Shown here: positions 18,290 through 28,381 of the stretch, piece after piece
How the letters are laid out: every line of letters begins with the position of its first letter
Numbering within the stretch: the stretch's first letter is position 1
Assembly (NCBI GenBank): GCA_944383685.1
Contig: CALWQM010000015.1
Location: 57,570 to 121,569, forward strand
Direction of reading: 5' to 3'
From: an uncultured Clostridia bacterium
Lineage (GTDB): Bacteria > Bacillota > Clostridia > Christensenellales > UBA1242
DNA: 64,000 nt
The notes under the pieces: model-generated
The model's database searches: none
Seen by the model: the letters and a program-made list of their open reading frames with translations, nothing else
Told to the model about the DNA's origin: nothing
Program-made: the position numbers and the translations under genes

Positions 18290-18354
18290 TGCATACTTGT
18301 TAAAATACCCAAATATAGTGTATTATGTTATGCATACCACACCACAATTTGTGT
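18290..18354. repeat. Palindromic intergenic repeat family, copy B
   Basis: TGCATACTTGT...AAATATAGTGTATTATGTTATGCATACCACACCACAATTTGTG, starting 18 nt after the recombinase stop. Confidence 0.55.
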
Positions 18355-18750
18355 TTTGCTATAACTTTAAATTTTTCAATTTGTTATAATATTAATGGGC
18401 TACATGGTGCTAATTTTTGATTATTTTAAAATTTAGCATTTTGAGTATTTAATGAATACAGTAAGTAAACATTATGAGCAAAATTGCAAATAAATTTCCT
18501 TAAATTATGATTTTCAATATAAAAAATCTGCATTTAGACAGCAAAAGACAAAATTCGACATTAAACTTAAAAAGTTTTTTGTCATTATGTTTGCATTTTA
18601 TAAAAAAATGTGCTAATATAACATATAGTACTTTTGACTAACTACATTATCTTATTTGTAAAATTGTAATTTTGTTAAATTTTCATTTTATTTTTATGAT
18701 ATCCCTGGTTATTTAAAGGTAAAATTTACTTAAAGAAAAGAGGAAAAATT

Positions 18751-20010
18751 ATGTTTGATTATAAAATTGAGAAAACAAATGTTAAAATCAGCGCTTCAAT
18801 TAGCAGCAAAGAATGGGAAGAAGGCGTTGAAAAAGTTTATGAGACTTCAAAATCTAAATTTAATGTTATTGGTTTTAGAAAAGGTCATGCTCCAAAAAAA
18901 GTCATTGAACAACAATATGGGGACAATGTTTTCTTTGACGATACATTAGAGTTTTTTGTTAGACAAACTCTTAACGAATTTTTAAATAAAAATCCAAAAC
19001 TTGAACCTGTTTCTTATCCAAGAACAGCTCTTGAAAGCTACACAATTAATGACGGAATTAAGTTCACTATTGAATTTGAAATTATGCCTGAATTTAAGCT
19101 TTGCAAATACACAGGTCTTGAATTTACAAAGGGCTCAACAAAAGCAACTGAAAAAGAAATCGACCATGAAATTCACCATCTCTTAGAAGACAATGCTAAA
19201 TTTGAAAGTGTTGACAGAGAAAGCAAAATGGATGACAGCGTTGTTATTGATTTTGTTGGTTCTATTGATGGTGTGGAATTTGAAGGTGGCAGAGCAGAAG
19301 ATTTCCCATTAACACTTGGTTCTCGTTCATTTATTGACACTTTTGAAGACCAACTTGTTGGCAAAAAGAAAGGCGACAAAGTTGATGTTAATGTTAAGTT
19401 CCCAGACGACTATCCTGCAAGTGAATATGCTGGCAAAAAAGCTTTATTTAAAGTTACTGTTAAAGATGTTAGAGAAAAAATCCTTCCAACTCTTGACGAC
19501 AAATTTATTGCTGATGCGACAGAATTTGAAACAGTTGATGAGTATAAAAAACATGTGGCTGAACATATTCAATCTATGAAGGAGAAAAACGAAGAATCTA
19601 AACTTGAAAATGAAATTTTGGATTACATTGTAAATAACACTGAAATCACTGTTCCAAAGACTTTGATTGATGTTGAAGTTGAACAAAATGTTAAACGTTT
19701 GGAAGATGCTTGCAAAATGTATCAAATGGACATTCAAGACTATTTGAAATCAATGAACACAACTCTTGACGACTATAAGAAAAGTTGCGAAGAAAGAGCT
19801 GTTAAAAACATCAAAGCTCGTTACATTTTAAGAGAAATCATTGATGAAAACAACATTGTTGCTGAACCAAAAGAAATTGAAGAAAAACTTGCAACAATGC
19901 CTAAGAAAAATGAAATTACTGACGAAGACAGAATTTATGTTGAAAATGGCATTTTGATTGATAAAATTTATGCATTCTTAAAAGCTAACAACAAAATTAT
20001 TTCTAAGTAA
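18751..20010 (+). CDS. tig: Trigger factor
   Basis: 419-aa ORF with N-terminal FRKGHAPKKVIEQ, a central FKBP-like domain, and clpP/clpX downstream. Confidence 0.95.
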   Translation: MFDYKIEKTNVKISASISSKEWEEGVEKVYETSKSKFNVIGFRKGHAPKKVIEQQYGDNVFFDDTLEFFVRQTLNEFLNKNPKLEPVSYPRTALESYTINDGIKFTIEFEIMPEFKLCKYTGLEFTKGSTKATEKEIDHEIHHLLEDNAKFESVDRESKMDDSVVIDFVGSIDGVEFEGGRAEDFPLTLGSRSFIDTFEDQLVGKKKGDKVDVNVKFPDDYPASEYAGKKALFKVTVKDVREKILPTLDDKFIADATEFETVDEYKKHVAEHIQSMKEKNEESKLENEILDYIVNNTEITVPKTLIDVEVEQNVKRLEDACKMYQMDIQDYLKSMNTTLDDYKKSCEERAVKNIKARYILREIIDENNIVAEPKEIEEKLATMPKKNEITDEDRIYVENGILIDKIYAFLKANNKIISK

Positions 20011-20099
20011 TAATCAAGTTTTTTTACACGAAATAAATTTAATTTATTTATGTAAATGAAACTTCTTTATGAAACAAATTTATTTAAGGAGGATATATT

Positions 20100-20687
20100 A
20101 TGCTTGTACCTATGGTTGTTGACCAAACTGGATCAAATGAAAGATCTTATGATATTTATTCAAGATTACTTGAAGACAGAATTGTTTTCTTAACTGGCGA
20201 AATTGATGATGCTTCTGCAAACATCGTTATTGCTCAACTTATTTATCTTGAAGGTAAAAATCCTGATAAAGATATTTACCTTTATATCAACAGTCCTGGT
20301 GGTTCTGTGAGTGCTGGAATGGCAATCTATGACACAATTAACTATATTAAATGTGATGTTTCAACAATTTGCATTGGGCTTGCAGCATCAATGGGCGCAT
20401 TCCTTCTTTCAAGCGGAACAAAAGGAAAACGTTTTGCTTTGCCAAACAGTGAAATTATGATTCACCAACCACTTGGCGGTGCACAAGGTCAGGCAAGTGA
20501 TATTGAAATTCAAGCAAGACACATTCAAAAAATTAAGGCAAAATTGAACCACATTTTAAGTGAAAATACTGGAAAACCTCTTAGCACCATTGAAAGAGAT
20601 ACTGATAGAGATAATTATATGTCAGCAGAAGAAGCCAAAGAATATGGACTTATAGATAATATATTTGTAACAAGAAAAACCAAATAA
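20100..20687 (+). CDS. clpP: ATP-dependent Clp protease proteolytic subunit
   Basis: [18 protein letters not shown] and [11 protein letters not shown] motifs with an AGGAGG SD. Confidence 0.95.
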   Translation: MLVPMVVDQTGSNERSYDIYSRLLEDRIVFLTGEIDDASANIVIAQLIYLEGKNPDKDIYLYINSPGGSVSAGMAIYDTINYIKCDVSTICIGLAASMGAFLLSSGTKGKRFALPNSEIMIHQPLGGAQGQASDIEIQARHIQKIKAKLNHILSENTGKPLSTIERDTDRDNYMSAEEAKEYGLIDNIFVTRKTK

Positions 20688-20695
20688 GGAGTTTT

Positions 20696-22009
20696 ATGAA
20701 AGATATTGATATGTGCGTTTGCTCATTTTGTGGCAAACCACAAAAACAAGCAAAAAAACTTATTGCAAGTCCTAATGGTGATGCTTTTATCTGTGACGAT
20801 TGTGTGAGAATTTGTGCTGATATAATTAAAGAAGAAGCGCTTAAAGTTAAGGTTTTTAAGGACCTTGAAATTCCTTCTCCAAAAGACATTAAAAAGGCGT
20901 TAGATAATTATGTTATTGGGCAGGAACAGGCAAAAAAGGTGCTTTCAGTTGCAGTTTTTAATCATTATAAAAGAATTAATTATAATTACCATAATAAAAT
21001 TGATGGAACTAAGAAAACCAATAACAACACATTTGAACTTGAAAAAAGCAATGTGCTTATGATTGGTCCAACTGGTTCTGGTAAAACACTTCTTGTTAAA
21101 ACCTTGGCAAAAATTCTCGACGTTCCTTTTGCTTGTGCTGATGCCACAACTTTGACAGAGGCTGGCTATGTTGGCGAAGATGTTGAAAATGTTCTTTTAA
21201 AACTTATTCAAAATGCAGATTATGATGTTGCAAAAGCAGAAAGAGGAATTATTTATATTGATGAAATTGACAAAGTTTCTCGCAAAAGTGAAAACCGTTC
21301 AATTACCCGTGATGTTGGTGGCGAAGGTGTTCAACAAGCCCTTTTGAAAATCATTGAAAGCACAGTTGCTTCTGTTCCACCACAAGGCGGAAGGAAACAT
21401 CCTCATCAAGAGATGATTCAAATTGACACAACGAACATTTTGTTTATTTGTGGTGGTGCATTTGTTGGGCTTGACGATATTATCTATAAAAGAATGTCAT
21501 CTTCTTCTCTTGGCTTCAATGCAACAATCAAAAATTCAAGTGAACGAGCAAAGATTAATTATTCAAAAGATGTTCAACCAGATGATTTAATCAAATTTGG
21601 GCTTATTCCAGAGTTTGTTGGCAGACTTCCAATCATAACTGGGCTTGATAATTTGGATGAAGTTGCACTTCAAAGAATTTTGGTTGAACCTAAAAACTCA
21701 TTAATCAAGCAATATACCGAACTTTTCAAAATGGATGGCTTTGAACTTGAATTTGAAGATGAGGCAATTTCTTATGTTGCACATAAGGCAATTGAGTTAA
21801 AGACAGGGGCAAGAGGCATAAGAACAATTATGGAAACAAGAATGACTGAACTTATGTATGATTTGCCAGACCCTAAAATTTACAGTAAAGTTATTATAAC
21901 TCGTGATTTTATGGAAAATGGTGGAGAGCCAAAGCTTATTAAGAGAGAAAACATCTCAAATATTGAAAAACTTGAAAATTTGCCTGATATGAAAGAAGCA
22001 AACGAATAA
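20696..22009 (+). CDS. clpX: ATP-dependent Clp protease ATP-binding subunit ClpX
   Basis: CSFCGK...CDDC zinc finger, [10 protein letters not shown] Walker [10 protein letters not shown] Walker B. Confidence 0.95.
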   Translation: MKDIDMCVCSFCGKPQKQAKKLIASPNGDAFICDDCVRICADIIKEEALKVKVFKDLEIPSPKDIKKALDNYVIGQEQAKKVLSVAVFNHYKRINYNYHNKIDGTKKTNNNTFELEKSNVLMIGPTGSGKTLLVKTLAKILDVPFACADATTLTEAGYVGEDVENVLLKLIQNADYDVAKAERGIIYIDEIDKVSRKSENRSITRDVGGEGVQQALLKIIESTVASVPPQGGRKHPHQEMIQIDTTNILFICGGAFVGLDDIIYKRMSSSSLGFNATIKNSSERAKINYSKDVQPDDLIKFGLIPEFVGRLPIITGLDNLDEVALQRILVEPKNSLIKQYTELFKMDGFELEFEDEAISYVAHKAIELKTGARGIRTIMETRMTELMYDLPDPKIYSKVIITRDFMENGGEPKLIKRENISNIEKLENLPDMKEANE

Positions 22010-22024
22010 TTTTTAAATTTAATT

Positions 22025-22050
22025 AGGTCACTTTGGTGACCTTTTTTATT
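22025..22050 (+). terminator. Intrinsic terminator after clpX
   Basis: AGGTCAC / GTGACCT stem, TTTG loop, T-run. Confidence 0.75.
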
Positions 22051-22229
22051 TTTTTAAAGTTTTTATTTATTAAATGATTTCTCATTACAAGTAGTTAAGA
22101 TATATATATGAGATACAAAAACATTATTAAAGAAAACAATTTTCTTATTTTCTTTATTTATATTAAATCATTTTGTTTAGCAGTCGAAAAATGCTATAAT
22201 CTAAATTATAAGTAATCATTGGAGAAGTT

Positions 22230-23771
22230 ATGTTATCAAAATTAAAAAGTTTGGGACTTACCGGAATTGAAGGGTTTGTGGTTGAAATTGAAACAGATAT
22301 TGTTGGAGGAGTTCCACATTTTGAAATTGTTGGACTTGGTGACACTGCTGTTAAGGAGGCAAAAGACAGGGTTAAATCTGCAATAAGAAACAGCGGTTTT
22401 GAGTATCCTGTTAAACATATAACAATCAATTTGGCACCTGCTGACATCAAAAAAGAGGGTCCTTTATATGACCTTGGAATTGCAGTTGGAATTTTAAGTG
22501 CAAGTGAGCAAATCGTTAAAAAAACATATAAAGACTATGTTTTCCTTGGAGAACTTTCACTTGATGGCACCATAAAGAAGGTTAAGGGTGTTTTGCCAAT
22601 GCTTATCAGCGCTTTAAAACTTGGTTATAAAAATGTTATTATCCCAAAGGACAACACAGAAGAAGCAAGTTATATTGCGAATATGAACATTTTTGCTTTT
22701 TCAAATTTAACAGAAGTTATTTTAGTTTTAAATGGCGAAGATGATATTAATAAATTTAAAGTGCCAACAAAAAAATTTGAAGATATAAGATTAATAAACA
22801 CAAATAAACTTGATTTTGAAAATGTTAAAGGGCAAAAAATGGCAAAGAGAGCCCTTGAAATTGCTGCGGCTGGCGGGCATAATGTTATAATGATTGGCCC
22901 ACCTGGAAGTGGCAAAAGTATGCTTGCAAAATGTTTTTCTGGCATCCTTCCAAACCTGACCTTTGATGAAGCCCTGGAAGTTACAAAAATACATTCCATT
23001 GCTGGTGAACTTGACCTTAAACAAGGTATCATCACTGAAAGGCCGTTTAGAACACCTCACCACACAGCAACTGCCATAAGTTTAACAGGTGGCGGACCAC
23101 ACAGCAAGCCGGGTGAAATCAGTTTGGCACATAATGGAGTTTTGTTTTTGGATGAATTTCCAGAATATTCAAGGCATTTAATTGAAACATTAAGGCAACC
23201 TCTTGAAGATGGATATATAACTGTTGCAAGGGCTCAGCAGACAATCACATATCCGGCATCTTTCACGCTTATTGCCAGCATGAACCCTTGTCCTTGTGGC
23301 AATTATGGTTCAAAAGATAGGGAATGCACTTGCACACCAACTCAAATTCATAAATATCTTTCAAAACTTTCTGGACCTATTATGGACAGAATTGATATTC
23401 ATGTTGAAGTTGACAACATCACTTATAAGGAACTTAATGGAGAGAACAAGGAAGAATCTTCTGCAAAAATTAAGGAAAGGGTGGATAAGGCAAGAGCAAT
23501 TCAACTTGAAAGATTTAAAGGGACTAAAACTTATTGCAATGCAAAAATGACAGTTCCACAAACAAAAAAGTTTTGTAAACTTTCACAAGACTGCCAAAGT
23601 CTTATGGAACAGGCCTTTCAAAGCCTTAAATTAAGTGCAAGAGCACATGATAAAATTTTGAAGATTGCAAGAACTATTGCCGACCTTGAAGGCAAAGAAG
23701 ATATACAACCAAATCATATTGCAGAGGCCGTTTCATATCGTGGGCTTGACAGGAAATATTGGAATACATAA
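22230..23771 (+). CDS. comM: YifB/ComM-family Mg-chelatase-like ATPase
   Basis: 513 aa with a Lon-like N-domain, GPPGSGKSM Walker A and NGVLFLDEF. TGcTATAAT -10 near 22190. Confidence 0.9.
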   Translation: MLSKLKSLGLTGIEGFVVEIETDIVGGVPHFEIVGLGDTAVKEAKDRVKSAIRNSGFEYPVKHITINLAPADIKKEGPLYDLGIAVGILSASEQIVKKTYKDYVFLGELSLDGTIKKVKGVLPMLISALKLGYKNVIIPKDNTEEASYIANMNIFAFSNLTEVILVLNGEDDINKFKVPTKKFEDIRLINTNKLDFENVKGQKMAKRALEIAAAGGHNVIMIGPPGSGKSMLAKCFSGILPNLTFDEALEVTKIHSIAGELDLKQGIITERPFRTPHHTATAISLTGGGPHSKPGEISLAHNGVLFLDEFPEYSRHLIETLRQPLEDGYITVARAQQTITYPASFTLIASMNPCPCGNYGSKDRECTCTPTQIHKYLSKLSGPIMDRIDIHVEVDNITYKELNGENKEESSAKIKERVDKARAIQLERFKGTKTYCNAKMTVPQTKKFCKLSQDCQSLMEQAFQSLKLSARAHDKILKIARTIADLEGKEDIQPNHIAEAVSYRGLDRKYWNT

Positions 23772-23868
23772 AATATAAATGGTAAAGTTAATAGTTTAGT
23801 TTAAAATTTATTTGAATTATAGTTATTTAAAAATGTTTAAACCATAATTTTAATTATATAGAGGAGAT

Positions 23869-24948
23869 ATGGATAATTACAAAAAAATTTTAATTTTTCT
23901 TTCAAAATTCGAACTTTCCAATAAGAAATTGGAAACTATTATGCAGATTGTTGAAGATAAAAACATAAAAAACATTGAAGAACTTTCAAATGACGGCGAC
24001 ATAATGGACAGTTTGTCTTCAACAGAATATCATGAAATCTTAAAAAATTGTGATGAAAGATTGCTGGCTTCAATGATAACTAATCTTGAAAAATCTAATG
24101 TTAAAGTGCTGACAAAAAATGATGAAGAATATCCAGAAAGTTTAATTGACCTTCCTGATGTTCCAATGATTTTGTTTGCAAAAGGAAATTTAGATTTATT
24201 GAAAGAAAAAGCTATTTCCATTGTTGGCACAAGAATGCCAACCAATTATGGAAGATTTGTGACAGAAAAATTTGCTGAAACACTGGCAAAGGCAGGGGTT
24301 GTTATTGTCAGTGGGCTTGCTTATGGAGTGGATGCAATTTCTCACAAAAAAGCATTGGAAGTTGGCGGAAAAACCATTGCAGTTTTAGGTGGCGGTTTCA
24401 ATCACATTTACCCAGAAGCACACACAAATCTTGCAAATGAAATTGCAGAAAAAGGGTTAATTCTAAGCGAATATGCACCATTTATTAAGCCTACAAAATT
24501 TTCCTTCCCAAGAAGAAACCGAATTATTGCAGGGCTTTCACTTGGAACACTTATAACAGAGGCAAGCAAGAAAAGTGGCACAATTCACACAAAAGAATAC
24601 GCACTTACGTATGGCAAAGATGTGTTCGCGGTTCCAGGAAATATCAATTCTCCAAAAAGCGAACTTACAAATATGCTTATTAAATCTGCACAAGCAGAGT
24701 GCGTTTTAAGTGGTAATGATATTTTGGAATATTATGGAATATCGACACAAAATGAGAAAAAGAAAATGATTTCCCTCAATTTTGAGGAGCAAACAATCAT
24801 AAACTTACTTCAAAACGGCGAGCAAGATTTTGATTATTTAGCAAAAAATTCCAATATTTCTGTAAATAATTTGAATAGTTATTTGACAACTTTGGAAATT
24901 CGTGGTTTAATTAAAAGAATGCCAGCGAAGACTTACATGTTAAATTAA
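23869..24948 (+). CDS. dprA: DNA processing protein DprA
   Basis: IVGTRMPTNYG...SGLAYGVDAISHKKAL Rossmann-like DprA core with a C-terminal winged-helix-like tail. Confidence 0.9.
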   Translation: MDNYKKILIFLSKFELSNKKLETIMQIVEDKNIKNIEELSNDGDIMDSLSSTEYHEILKNCDERLLASMITNLEKSNVKVLTKNDEEYPESLIDLPDVPMILFAKGNLDLLKEKAISIVGTRMPTNYGRFVTEKFAETLAKAGVVIVSGLAYGVDAISHKKALEVGGKTIAVLGGGFNHIYPEAHTNLANEIAEKGLILSEYAPFIKPTKFSFPRRNRIIAGLSLGTLITEASKKSGTIHTKEYALTYGKDVFAVPGNINSPKSELTNMLIKSAQAECVLSGNDILEYYGISTQNEKKKMISLNFEEQTIINLLQNGEQDFDYLAKNSNISVNNLNSYLTTLEIRGLIKRMPAKTYMLN

Positions 24949-24961
24949 AAAGGAGATTAAT

Positions 24962-27040
24962 TTGAAACTTGTTGTTATCGAAGCCCCAGCAAAAAGGGAA
25001 ACACTGAAAAAATATTTAGGACCTGGTTACGAAGTTTTTGCAACAAAAGGTCACATAAGAGATTTACCTGTTAAATCATTTGCTATTGATATAAATAATA
25101 ATTTTGAACCTCATTATGAAAATAAACCAGATAAAAAAGACCTTATTAACGAACTTAAACATAAGGCAGATAAAGCGGACCAAGTTTTAATCGCAACCGA
25201 CCCGGATAGAGAAGGGGAGGCTATTTCTTGGCACATTGCCCATGTTTTGGGACTTGACCCAAACAAAAAATGCCGTATACAGTTCAACGAAATTTCAAAA
25301 AATGCTGTTTTAAAAGCACTTGATAACCCAAGAGCCATTGACTTAAATTTGGTCAATGCCCAACAGGCACGCCGTGTTATGGATAGAATTGTGGGATACA
25401 AACTTTCACCAATTATATCAAAAAAAGTTGCGCCAAAACTTTCAGCAGGGAGGGTGCAGTCAGTTGCTTTGAAACTTGTGGTTGACAGAGAAAAAGAGAT
25501 TGAAAACTTTAAGCCAGAAGAATATTGGACTGTTACCGCTTTTCATGAAAAAGATAAGATTGCTTTTAAATCAACTCTCCAAACTTATAAAAATAAGAAG
25601 ATTAAAATTGCAAACAAGGAAGAAGTTGAAAAAGCTTTATCAGTTATTAAACAAAGTGATTTTATCGTTAGTTCTGTTAAGAAAAGTAAAACAAAATCTC
25701 ATGCACCTGCGCCATTCACAACAAGCACAATGCAACAAGATGCATTAAATAAACTTGGCATGAGCCTTAAAAGAACAACTCAATCAGCACAAGAACTTTA
25801 TGAGGGGGTTGAAGTTAAGGGTGAAGGTAAAATTGCGCTTATCACATATATAAGAACAGACTCCACAAGAGTTAGCGAAGATGCACAAAAGGCTTGTAGG
25901 CAATTTATTGAAGAAAAGTATGGCAAAAACTATCTTCCAGCAAAACCAAACATTTATGCAACAAAGAAAAATGCACAAGACGCGCATGAAGCAATAAGAC
26001 CTATTTCCATGCAAATAACACCAGAAATGGTGCAAGACAGTTTGTCAAAAGATAACTATAAACTTTATAAACTTATCTATGAAAGATTTTTGTCAAGCCA
26101 AATGAATGAAGCAGAATATAGCAACACTGTTATCAGCATTGATGCAAGTGACTATGGCTTCAAAGCAAATGGTAAAATACTTGAATTTCCAGGATACACT
26201 GCTGTTTATAAAGAATTTGTGGATGAAGATAAAGACAAAAAACAAGATGCATCAAAATTACCTCAAATTGAAGAAAACGAAAAATTGGAAGTTAAAGACA
26301 TCAAAGAAGAACAGAAATTCACAAAACCTCCTGTTCGTTACACAGAAGCAAGCCTTGTTAAAGCAATGGAAGAAAAGGGAATTGGGCGTCCTGCAACTTA
26401 TGCTGCAACTGTAACCATTTTAACCGCAAGAAATTATGCTGAAAAAGAAGGGAAATATCTTGTTCCAACTGAACTTGGAAGAAAAATCACCGAATACCTT
26501 GAAAAGTTTTTCAGCGGGGTTATCAACGTTAAATTCACTGCACACATGGAAAACCGCCTTGACGATATTGCAGAAGATAAAGATGATTGGCATGATGTTA
26601 TTAACAGTTTCTGGAATGGGTTTAAGGGACTTTTGGAAAAAGCAGATTCCTCATCTGTTTCCATGAAAAGTGAACCTATTGAAACTGATGTTGTCTGTGA
26701 TAAATGTGGGCATAAAATGCTTTTGAGAGAGGGAAGATTTGGCAAGTTCTTAGGCTGTTCAAATTTTCCTAAATGCAAAAACATTATGCCATACAAGACA
26801 GAAGAAGAAAAGAAACCTGTTTCAAAATGTCCTATGTGCGGAAAAAATGTTTATGCTCTTAAAACAAAAAGAGGAAAAACTTTCTATGCCTGTGAAGACA
26901 GAAATGGTTGCAATTTCATGAGTTGGGATATTCCAACAGGTGAGATGTGCCCAAAGTGCGGAAAATACCTTATAAAGAAAGGGAAAATCATAAAGTGTTC
27001 AAGTTGTGATTATAAGGTTGATAACAACAAGGAAAACTAA
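24962..27040 (+). CDS. topA: DNA topoisomerase I
   Basis: 692 aa. TTG start follows an AAGGAG SD. Toprim domain (ATDPDREGEAISWH) and C-terminal Cys4 zinc ribbons. Confidence 0.95.
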   Translation: MKLVVIEAPAKRETLKKYLGPGYEVFATKGHIRDLPVKSFAIDINNNFEPHYENKPDKKDLINELKHKADKADQVLIATDPDREGEAISWHIAHVLGLDPNKKCRIQFNEISKNAVLKALDNPRAIDLNLVNAQQARRVMDRIVGYKLSPIISKKVAPKLSAGRVQSVALKLVVDREKEIENFKPEEYWTVTAFHEKDKIAFKSTLQTYKNKKIKIANKEEVEKALSVIKQSDFIVSSVKKSKTKSHAPAPFTTSTMQQDALNKLGMSLKRTTQSAQELYEGVEVKGEGKIALITYIRTDSTRVSEDAQKACRQFIEEKYGKNYLPAKPNIYATKKNAQDAHEAIRPISMQITPEMVQDSLSKDNYKLYKLIYERFLSSQMNEAEYSNTVISIDASDYGFKANGKILEFPGYTAVYKEFVDEDKDKKQDASKLPQIEENEKLEVKDIKEEQKFTKPPVRYTEASLVKAMEEKGIGRPATYAATVTILTARNYAEKEGKYLVPTELGRKITEYLEKFFSGVINVKFTAHMENRLDDIAEDKDDWHDVINSFWNGFKGLLEKADSSSVSMKSEPIETDVVCDKCGHKMLLREGRFGKFLGCSNFPKCKNIMPYKTEEEKKPVSKCPMCGKNVYALKTKRGKTFYACEDRNGCNFMSWDIPTGEMCPKCGKYLIKKGKIIKCSSCDYKVDNNKEN

Positions 27041-27120
27041 ATTAACATTTAAAATTAATAATAAAATTCAATATTAATTTTGGTTTATTTAAAATAAAAT
27101 TTTGGTTTTGAGGTGAATAT

Positions 27121-28311
27121 TTGAAGTCTGTAAACTTAGATTTAAAATTAAACAAAAGACTTATTAAAATTGTTGGCGGTGGACTTACTGGGATTGAAAC
27201 TGCATATATTTGTGCAAAAAACGGATACAGGGTTCACATCTTTAACAAGCCTCAAAATGAACTCACATATTTTGACAAAGAAGAACCTTTTGCAAATATT
27301 TTGCAAGAGGAACTTTTTAATTTTTCAAGCCCTACATATTTAACAAGCCAAAGGATGGGCGAAAATATATTGAAACTTGATAAAAATTTTATTGGCCTTA
27401 TGCGTGAAAAACTTAAAGAATTTCCAAATGTTTCATATATTGAAAGCGAAATTGACGAATTAAATCCAAGAGAAATAACTTTGCTTGCAACAGGAAATAA
27501 CACCACAAACAAACTTTTAGATGATTTAACAAAATATATTGGCGAAAGAAAAATTCAGTATTATAGCCCTGGCGAAATTGCCTTTAAAAACATTAAAGAA
27601 GAAAATTTGTTTCATGATAAAGATAATAACTATCATTTAAATTTAACAGAAAGCGAATATGCCATATTAAAAAACAAGATGTGTAAATTTTTAAATGATT
27701 ATGAAGTTAACAATCTTTTGGGTCAACAAATAAGCGGGGAAAGTCTTGCAAGAAATGAAGCATTAAGAACAGCAATATTTAGACCGATATATAATGAAAA
27801 TTGCAAAGCTTATGCCTCGCTTAAATTGCGAAAACATGAAGATATTTATTATTTAACTGAATTTTTCACAGCCCTTTCAAATGAGGAACAAAAGGAAATT
27901 TTCAGTGGTATATCTGCTCTTGACGGTGCAGAATTTGTAAACTTTGGAAAAATATATAAAAGGACTTATCTTTCAAGTGCAATGTGCGTAAACAACTTTT
28001 TACAATTTAAAAATGAAGAAAACTTTTTTGTCTGTGGCGGACTTTTAGGGGTGGAAGGTGTTATGGAAAGCCTGCTCACCGCAAATTACGTGGCTTATAA
28101 CCTTATGAACATGGCAGAGGGAAAGCCTTTGCAAGAAATTACCAATTTTTCATGCACAAAACTTCTAATAGATAAATTATTACAAAAAAATGTGTTAAAT
28201 CATAGGCTTTTAAGTTTTGACTATGATATAATAAATGATGAGAATGGCAAAAATATAGATACTTCTGCCGTTCTTAAATTTAAAGAAAAATTTTATGGAA
28301 AGTATTTTTAA
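27121..28311 (+). CDS. Divergent TrmFO/Gid-like flavoprotein (probable loss of catalytic cysteines)
   Basis: TTG start follows a GAGGTG SD. VGGGLTGIETA dinucleotide-binding motif and FFVCGGLLGVEGVMES (compare FFAGQ.TGVEGYVES). Position after topA matches trmFO; see findings for the missing Cys motifs. Confidence 0.55.
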   Translation: MKSVNLDLKLNKRLIKIVGGGLTGIETAYICAKNGYRVHIFNKPQNELTYFDKEEPFANILQEELFNFSSPTYLTSQRMGENILKLDKNFIGLMREKLKEFPNVSYIESEIDELNPREITLLATGNNTTNKLLDDLTKYIGERKIQYYSPGEIAFKNIKEENLFHDKDNNYHLNLTESEYAILKNKMCKFLNDYEVNNLLGQQISGESLARNEALRTAIFRPIYNENCKAYASLKLRKHEDIYYLTEFFTALSNEEQKEIFSGISALDGAEFVNFGKIYKRTYLSSAMCVNNFLQFKNEENFFVCGGLLGVEGVMESLLTANYVAYNLMNMAEGKPLQEITNFSCTKLLIDKLLQKNVLNHRLLSFDYDIINDENGKNIDTSAVLKFKEKFYGKYF

Positions 28312-28381
28312 GGATAAAGTGCTTTAAACAAAACTTTTTCAAAAATAAAAATAATTTCAATTTATAAAAGTGAGGATAAGA

